Shown here piece by piece: positions 56,562 to 64,000 of a stretch of DNA of 64,000 nt. Where the stretch lies: contig MU056050.1 in assembly GCA_013239625.1 (NCBI GenBank), positions 6,711,838 through 6,775,837 on the forward strand, written 5' to 3'. A program made the translations under genes and the position numbers. Positions within the stretch are counted from its first letter, which is position 1; each line of letters opens with the position of its first letter. The notes under the pieces are model-generated. The model saw only the letters and a program-made list of their open reading frames with translations. It was not told where the DNA came from and did not search any database. The stretch comes from Lama guanicoe (taxonomy: Eukaryota).

Positions 56562-57037
56562 TAACCCGGTTTGGGGCAGGGCTGGATGAGTTCCTGGACT
56601 TGGGTCAGAAGCCCAGGCTCTGCTTGGCTGCCTCCTGATGTGTGGGGCCTGGTCTGCTCAGCCCTGCTCCTGGGCGGTCATCTGGGTTTTTCCATTCACA
56701 TCCCCCACCCCCAGCATCTGCTCTAAGTTTATCCTCAGCCAGGGGCCCATCCTCTCCTGAGCTCCAGAGCTACCAGTAGAGCTCTGTTGTGCCGAGAGAT
56801 GGTCCCACCATGTGGGGGAAACATAAGAGAGAAATGGGAGGGGGCAGAAAGAGGGGCAGAGGGGAGAAGGAGATGGGGTGATAGGGGAGTGCGGGCCAGA
56901 GGTGGTTCCCTTGCCCTACGTCTTACCTACCTGACATTGGGGTCACTCATTTTACTTTCCCTGATGAGGTGGCCTGAGGCCTAGACCCCCACGTTCCCAC
57001 TTGGGCCCTTCTGTCCTCACCCTGTATCACCTCGCAG

Positions 57038-57183
57038 GCCGGTTCACGATGCTGTGGTCAACGACAACCTGGAGACCATCTGGCTCTTGCTGTCCTATGG
57101 GGCCGACCCCACACTGGCCACCTACTCCGGACAGACGGCCGTGAAGCTGGCCAGCAGCGACACCATGAAGCGTTTTCTCAGTG
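57038..57183 (+). CDS. BCORL1: BCORL1 exon 11, ankyrin repeat: (R)[24 protein letters not shown]...MKRFLS(D)
   Basis: Acceptor ctcgcag|, donor GTG|GTGAGT. 146 nt. Confidence 0.95.
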
Positions 57184-60100
57184 GTGAGTACAGCCCAGAC
57201 TTGAAGCCTCATTCTTGGGGCTGGCCTCTGATTCCCGAGCCCCTGAGGGGAGGCTCTTCATCTCCCCCATCTCAGGCCATCCCTGTGAGGGGTGTCACAC
57301 AGTCTTCACTGGCTTTCCTTCCGGTGGCTCAGAAACCTCTATGCACTTTAAAAAGCCAGAAGGTCGCTTCCTCTTGTCCTCGTGCTGTGAGTGTCCACAT
57401 CGCATGCATCCTCTTTAGGGCCCTGGTAGCCCGCAGGGATCCATTTTTCCACTCCGTATGTGGGGTGGGCCTCCTTGTGGGACAGCAGCCCCACAAATAG
57501 ATTTAGTTGCGGGCAAAATGTGTTGACCTGTGCTTTTAGTGGGACGTCAGTAGCAAAGAGGTGACGTTTAACGTTCTGCTTTTGTTTTTGCACTTTCTCC
57601 TTGTTGTTGATCAAAGTTGAACCCTTGAGACCCCTCCCGATGCTTTATTCCTCATACCCCTGGCCTGTGGTAACTGTGATGTCCCCTCTGCATCTGCGTG
57701 TTACTTTCTCTTCCTCCCTCACCTGCCCCCTCTGGAAAGTGGTATTGAGGCCGATGGCAAGGGCCACAAGCCAACTTGCATTTATTTTCTCATTAGTGGA
57801 TGACAGCTGTTTGTCTGCAGTTAGATCACTCTACTGAGTTAGGCAGCGAGAAGGGGGGAAGGAGGGAAGTCTACCTTGGGCATGCTCAGTGGGAATCTCC
57901 CCAGACTGCACCTCCAGATAAAGGGACCGTGCCTCCTTCATGACATCACAGCTTGGCCTTGCTCTAGCAGTGACTTGTTCAGGCTGCCTAGGCAGCAGTC
58001 GGATGGAACAGCTGAGAGTTCTGTCACAGATCCTCCTTAGAGGCTTCAGTGTCCGTTGTAGCGCTCCCCCCGCTGGAAGCCCACAGGAGCAGGGATTTGC
58101 CGGAGGCTGCTCCCTCTCACCTGGGCTGTAGCCTCAGCTAGTCCTGAACATCCCCCCACCCCCAGAGATACAGTCCTGGGCTCCCAACCAGGGGCGCATT
58201 TGTTTATTGAACAAAGGTTAACTAGGTAGCTGATGATGGAGGAAGAAACAAAGGAACCTGAACTAAAGGTCCCCGTGGAGGGAGGACCAGGTGGGAAGCG
58301 CCATCTACATACTCATAAAATCTGGAGTGGTGGCAAGGAAAGGAGGCCACTCAGGGAGGCCTTGACTCCTGCTCTTCAGTCCTCAGTCAAGCTGAATAAT
58401 CCCTGCCGTCGCCGGTGCAGGCCTCCCGCCCTACAGCAGGATCCAGCCCCTCTGGCTAGGGCCAGGAGCTCTGCCTTTTCCTTCTGCCAGCTCTGGGGTC
58501 CCAGGTCCCTGTCCTTGAGGGGCGGAGCCGCTTGGGGATGGTCCTTCAGTCATTTGTCCTGGGTCCGTGAAGTGTCTCATTCACTTCAGTTGAGCCATCG
58601 CTGGGCTCAGGGCAAGCCACCCTTCGTGGTCTCTCCCCAAACCACATGCGCCACACGCATTCCCTCCTGCACAAGCACACGCACATGTGGTGGTGTCTGC
58701 ATCCCACTCCGTTCCTAGGAGAAGCTGGCACACGTGACTGCCCAGAGCATTTCAACATGACAGAAGCACCACGTGAAGCTCCGTCTCTGATCCGCTGGTC
58801 TCATCCAGTGTTCTCTCTGGGCAGGACACTGCCCTCCTGAGGGCTTGGGGTCCCAATAAAGCTATCTCTGGCCACCTAAGTACGCAGAGTTGTCTTCCCC
58901 AGCCCCTTCTTCAAAATCCCCAAGGAGTTAAATGTTGAAACCATTTTCAGTAGTTAAAAAATTAGAAATAAACATGTTTTTCTCTCTTCTTATTTCTGTT
59001 AACTAATCCCAACTACTAGAAAGCCTTTTGATGCCTCCTTAAACTAACTTCAATGCTTGTCTGGGTTGCAGAACCAAGAGAAGACTTTTCTTAATTCTGG
59101 CACTTCCTAGTCTGCCCAGGCTGAACACCTTCATTCGAATCTTGACATTGTTTCTCAGCTTTACAGGCACAAAACTATACTTATAATGGGGGCCAGGAGC
59201 TGAAAGGAGTGTTAAAACTGGGGCACCTCTTTTCCATGCAAGTATCAAGTGACACTAAAGGCAGAGCTCTGTCTGACTGGCTGGTAGGGAAAGTGCTAGC
59301 AAGCGGGCTAGGGCCTGGGCCCGACACCCCAGGGAGGCAGACAGTGGCAGGAGTCAGCAGGCTCTGGGAGGAGAGATTTGAGTCCAAAGGCAGTTTTGGG
59401 AGGGATGAGAAGTTAATACTCAGGATCTGTCTTTTTTTTCAAATTGAGGGGAAATTCACCTAACAGGACCATTTTGAAGTGAACAATTCAGTGGCATTTA
59501 GCACATTCACAATGTTGTGCAACCATCACTAGGAGTTTTTTTGATTCCTTGAACCGAGTATTTCTCTTTTTACATTCATGTACCCCTCCCCCGTCCCAAA
59601 TTGCAAGGAACCAGTGGTAAAGCGGCTTGCAGGAAGCACCCTGAGGTTGGAGGCTGCCAAGCGGTTCCCTCCACTGCCCCACCTCCCCAACCCCTACACC
59701 TGGTTGCAAGTGTGTGGACTTCTGAATTTTTTCTTTTACCTTGCCTGTCTGGCTGACGTATTCAAAAAGCTTTTTTGCTTTTCATTCTCAAGCATTTGCC
59801 TGACCAAACTGTCCATAGATTGTCTTCTTCCTCCCCTAGTGGAGATTCCACTGGGCAGAAAATGAAGGTGAATCCCTGTCAGGTGCAAAGGGCTCTGTTT
59901 TCTGCAGGCGGGAAAACGTGAGCCAGGGCGTCAGGGTTATGCCTCGTGTAGAGCTTCTTTCGTTTTGTGCAAGTCTCCTGTTCTGGAAAGGTCTGGGAAT
60001 CAAATCGTCGCTTAAATACACAAAGGAATGTCAGTATTTACAGGTATTCTGGAATAAATTCTTTTGTAAAGCAGAACATGCTGGTAATTTGTGTGGATTG

Positions 60101-60739
60101 AAAATGTGGATGTCCTTAGATTGGGTTGACTTAATGTGAGGCCTATTTCTCCTGAAGGGAGAGCAGTACTCTTTGTGGTCATTCACCCCTGCATTGATAG
60201 GGCACCTGTTAGGTTTCAAGTACAGTTCTGGGTACTGGAGGCTAGATAGTGACCCCTTTCTCTCTCTCATCCTTGGGCTTGGAGCATGCAGCCATCTAAA
60301 CCCTCCAAGAGGCATTTCCTTGGGCCAGATCACAGGCAGACATGTAACTGATTTGCCTTTGACCCTATGAAGAAAAGAATAATAACCAAGCTAGCCAAGG
60401 GAAAACAGATTCGTTTTTCGTCCTCTGTCGGAAAGACTGTCTGAGCTGGGGGAGCTGCAGTTTGGTTTGGGGCATCGGAGGAAGTATCAGGACCGCTTTT
60501 CCTTCCACTGATGAAAAGGTTAGCAATTTACCACTTGAGGTCATTGAATCACAGCTTTTTGTTTTTCCTGCCAGAGACCTCAGCCGTATGACCCCATGTC
60601 GAAGACTGCTTGTTTTTTTGTTTTTCTCTCCTTTCATGTCCCTCAGCTGGTGATTTGGTAGAGATGGGGAGGGGTATGAATGGGACCCTGAGAATTTGAG
60701 AAACTTTGATTGCTAGGGTCACTGCTCACACTGAGTACT

Positions 60740-61300
60740 TAAAATTTTTTTTAATCGAGGTGAAATTCACACAACATGAAATTAACCATTTAAAAGTGAA
60801 CAATTCAGTGCTGTTTAGTGTGTTTACAATGTTGTACAACCACTACCTCCATCTAGCTCCAAAACATTTTCAAGGGGAAGTGTTGGTGGTATAGTGGTGA
60901 GCATAGCTGCCTTCTAAAACATTTTCATCACCCCAAAATGAAACCCCGTACCCATAAGCAGTTGCTCTCCATCGCCCCCACTCCCCTTGGCAACTACTTT
61001 GTCTCTGTGGATGTGCCCATTCTGGACATTTCATCTAAATGGAATCATACAATATGGGGCCTTTTGTGTCTGACTTTGTTCACATAGCATCATGTTTTCA
61101 AGGTCTGTCCATGTAATAGCATGTTTTTAAGGCTGAATAATATGCCCTCATATGGATAGACTACACTTTCTTTTATCCATTCATCAGTTGGTGGACATTT
61201 GGGTTGTGTCCACCTCTTGGCAACTATGGCTAGTGCTTCTACAAACATTCATTTGAGTACGTGTTTTCAGTTCTTCAGGGATAGACACCTAGGAGTGGGA
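60740..61300 (-). mobile_element. Old L1 (L1MB-type) 3' fragment, interrupted by the tRNA-Gly retrocopy
   Basis: gaggtgaaattcacacaacatgaaattaaccatttaaaagtgaacaattcagtg...ttctggacatttcatctaaatggaatcatacaatatg. Confidence 0.85.
60880..60917 (+). pseudogene. 5' half of tRNA-Gly(TCC), tailless retropseudogene with TSD
   Basis: GTGTTGGTGGTATAGTGGTGAGCATAGCTGCCTTCTAA versus tRNA-Gly-TCC GCGTTGGTGGTATAGTGGTGAGCATAGCTGCCTTCCAA (36/38). AAAACATTTTCA is repeated at 60861-60872 and 60916-60927. Confidence 0.9.
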
Positions 61301-62680
61301 TGGCTGCGCTGAGGATAGTTTTTGAAGGCAAGGATAAGAGAAAAGAACTGAAAGTTAAGACAGGGCAAAGGGAGAATCAAAGAAAAGGGAAGTCACTCTT
61401 CATCCTAATTGTACATGAAGACCTATGAGGAAGCGTGCCTCGAAGCTGCCCCTTCCAGCAGACCTTGACGGTTCCTCTTGTGTGCCACCCATGGGCCTGT
61501 TCTGACTTTTGCATCTTTGCTCATGCCAGTTAATTGTTAGCTGTCTCAAAAAGGCAAATTGATGCGCAAATGACAAAGGTTCGTTGTTAGTGAGGAGAAT
61601 TAGAGGAATGTGCCAGGGACTCTGAAGGCAGCTCCAGGAGAGGAGCCCCAGCAGTGTGGTGAGTGAGGGCTGCTCCAATGGAGTCCTCGTGTGACCTCTG
61701 TGCAGACAGCAGCCATTCGAGTGCATATGTTCTAGCACATTGGTTAACAAGCATATGACTTTATAGTCCCACCTTGTGCTAATTTCTCCCACCCTCCCTT
61801 CCTTTCTTCCCCATATATTTATTATGCTCTTACTGTGTGCCAGGCACTGAGCTTAGTTACCAGGGAGACAGTGATGAACAAGACAAACGTGGTCCCTGCC
61901 TTTTGGGAACTTACGGTCTCATTCCTCTGTCTCTCAGGACATCTAGCATGGGGCCAGGCACAGAATAGACACTTCCCTAACTGACAGATTTCTTTTGGAA
62001 GAAGCTACTTCCAACTCTTAAATGGCACGGGGTACAGAAGAGCAAAGAGGCTGGCAGCTGCGACCTCAGAGTTTCTTCATGGAATGCACAAAAGATCTAA
62101 TGGATGTGACGATAGGTCTTCCATTCTGGCTGCTCAGCCTTTACTTTGAAAGCTTCTCCCTGACCGCCTTTTCCTCCTGGAAGAAGCCCTTCATCTCCTA
62201 GAAGGTTGCTAAAAAACTTTCAGTAGCTCACAACAGCTGATAGGCATTTGTGCTGATAGACTGTGTAACCCGAAGGGAAGGTATATTGGAGTGTGGTGGT
62301 GCATTCCTTCAGGGAAGCTTAGCTCTGCTCCTTTAAGAGTGGCTGCCCACTTCCTCCTGGGATCTGGTTTTCAGGGGGCACCCTCGCCTCACCTGAGCCC
62401 TTTGAACTCTTCTGTCCTGTTGCCCAGGTGTCACTTGAGGGCTGGCGGCAACCATTCACAGCTGTGTCAGCTTTCCAACTGTACTACATGGCATATTGGC
62501 AACTGCTGGGCCATGTGCCCACAGACAACAAGTTGAATTTGTCGTGGAAACCTGCTTTTTGTCCACATGGGGCTGAGAGGTGAAACAATTCTACTACGTG
62601 ATGCTTGGCTAGGAAACAAGGAGACTAAGGGGTGACCTGATGTCTGTTCTCAGATCAAGTAAGCAAAAGGTAGTTGAAAA

Positions 62681-63228
62681 TGGTTTTCATTGTGGTAAAA
62701 CACATAAAATTTACTGTTTTAACCATTTTAAAGTGTACAATTGAGTGACATTAAGCGCATTCACAATGTTGTGCAGCTATTACCACTATCAAGTTTCAGA
62801 ACTTCCTAATTGCCCCAAAAGGAAACCCTGTGCCCATTAGGCAGTCCCTCTCCGTTCCCTCCTTCCCCCGGCCCCTGGCGACTGCCAGTCTGCTTTCTGT
62901 CTCTATACGTTTGCCTGTTCTAGAAGTTTCATATACATGGAGTTGTGTTGTATGTGTCCTTTTGTGTCTGGCTTCATCTACTTAGTAGAATGTTCTCAAG
63001 TTTCATCCATGTTGTAGTGTGTATCTTACTTCATTCCTCCCAATAGCTGAATAATACTGCATTGTCTACACGTACCACATTTTGTTTATCCCTTCATCAG
63101 CTGAATGACATTTGGGTTGTTTCCACTTTTTGGAGGTTGTGAATAGAGCTGCTATGGAATATTCATGTATAAGTTTTTGTTTGAATACCTGTTTTTAATT
63201 CTTTGGGGGTACATACCTAGAAGTAAAA
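62681..63228 (-). mobile_element. Old L1 (L1MB-type) 3' fragment
   Basis: aaaatttactgttttaaccattttaaagtgtacaattgagtgacattaag...gacatttgggttgtttccacttttt. Confidence 0.85.
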
Positions 63229-63554
63229 GCAAAAGGTTTTTATGAGGATAAACTTGGCCATTTCCCCCCAAGTTTTCGAAGACAAAACAGGATCCTTCCT
63301 TATCTTACTTTTAAATTGGTGAGATCATGATTGGATACATGAATGTTGTGACCAGCAGGGCATTAAAATCCTGGGCCAGGTCTAGGGTTCTGCTTGCGGA
63401 GTAATTCCTACCTCATTGTAAGCAGGGGTCCCAGGCCTAAGTGCCTTCAGGCTGCTCGTGTTAGAGAGCAGCATGGACTGGGTGGGGCCTGCTGAATTGG
63501 AGAATGCACATGTCACCTCTCCCTCCAGCCAACGGTTGACATGCAGGAATGTGG

Positions 63555-63742
63555 ATGCAGTGTTGCCAGATCTTCTGATTTCTTTTCCCGGAGAAAAGCT
63601 GGAAATCTAAATTTTTAAGTACAATCTCCCAATTTAAAAATGTTACAAGTTAATTAACTTGGGGGGGTTTCAAACACTGGGCCACAACCCAGGTGGTCAG
63701 TGGGCTAGATTTGGCTCCTGGCTGCTGGTTTGTCACCTCTGA
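63555..63742. mobile_element. Ancient hAT-type MER fragment
   Basis: cagtgttgccagatcttctgattt...gggctagatttggctcctggctgctggtttgtcacctctg. Subfamily uncertain. Confidence 0.5.
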
Positions 63743-63790
63743 GTGACAACAGGAAGCGGGTCTCCCTTGGGTTGCTCCCAGTCCCTCTAG

Positions 63791-63988
<198 letters not shown>

Positions 63989-64000
63989 TAAGTGGGATTC

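Overview
Mammalian genomic DNA containing most of one + strand gene, BCORL1 (BCL6 corepressor-like 1; X-linked in the mammals where I know the locus). A tRNA-Ala-derived SINE and a young L1 3' end suggest a camelid. The window holds about 10 kb of upstream sequence, a ~5 kb CpG island/promoter with a ZNF143-type motif and a non-coding first exon, and 11 coding exons from the ATG at 29445 to 63980. These splice into one open frame of 4924 nt (1641 codons + 1 nt) covering the Pro-rich region, the PLDLS CtBP motif, NLS-like basic clusters and the ankyrin repeats. The C-terminal PUFD exons lie beyond the window. Introns are filled with MIR, L2, L1, MaLR and DNA-transposon relics, and there are three N-gaps. 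I find no convincing new multi-gene system. The most notable observations are small: two tailless small-RNA retrocopies with target-site duplications (a 5' half of tRNA-Gly(TCC) with a possible pre-tRNA leader, and a U6 5' fragment), a GC-AG intron in the ankyrin region, a 28-bp duplication with an inverted templated linker, a 12-nt in-frame duplication in exon 4, multi-layer nested transposons, and several candidate alternative first-exon donors. All family and ortholog assignments are by eye and from memory; no searches were run.
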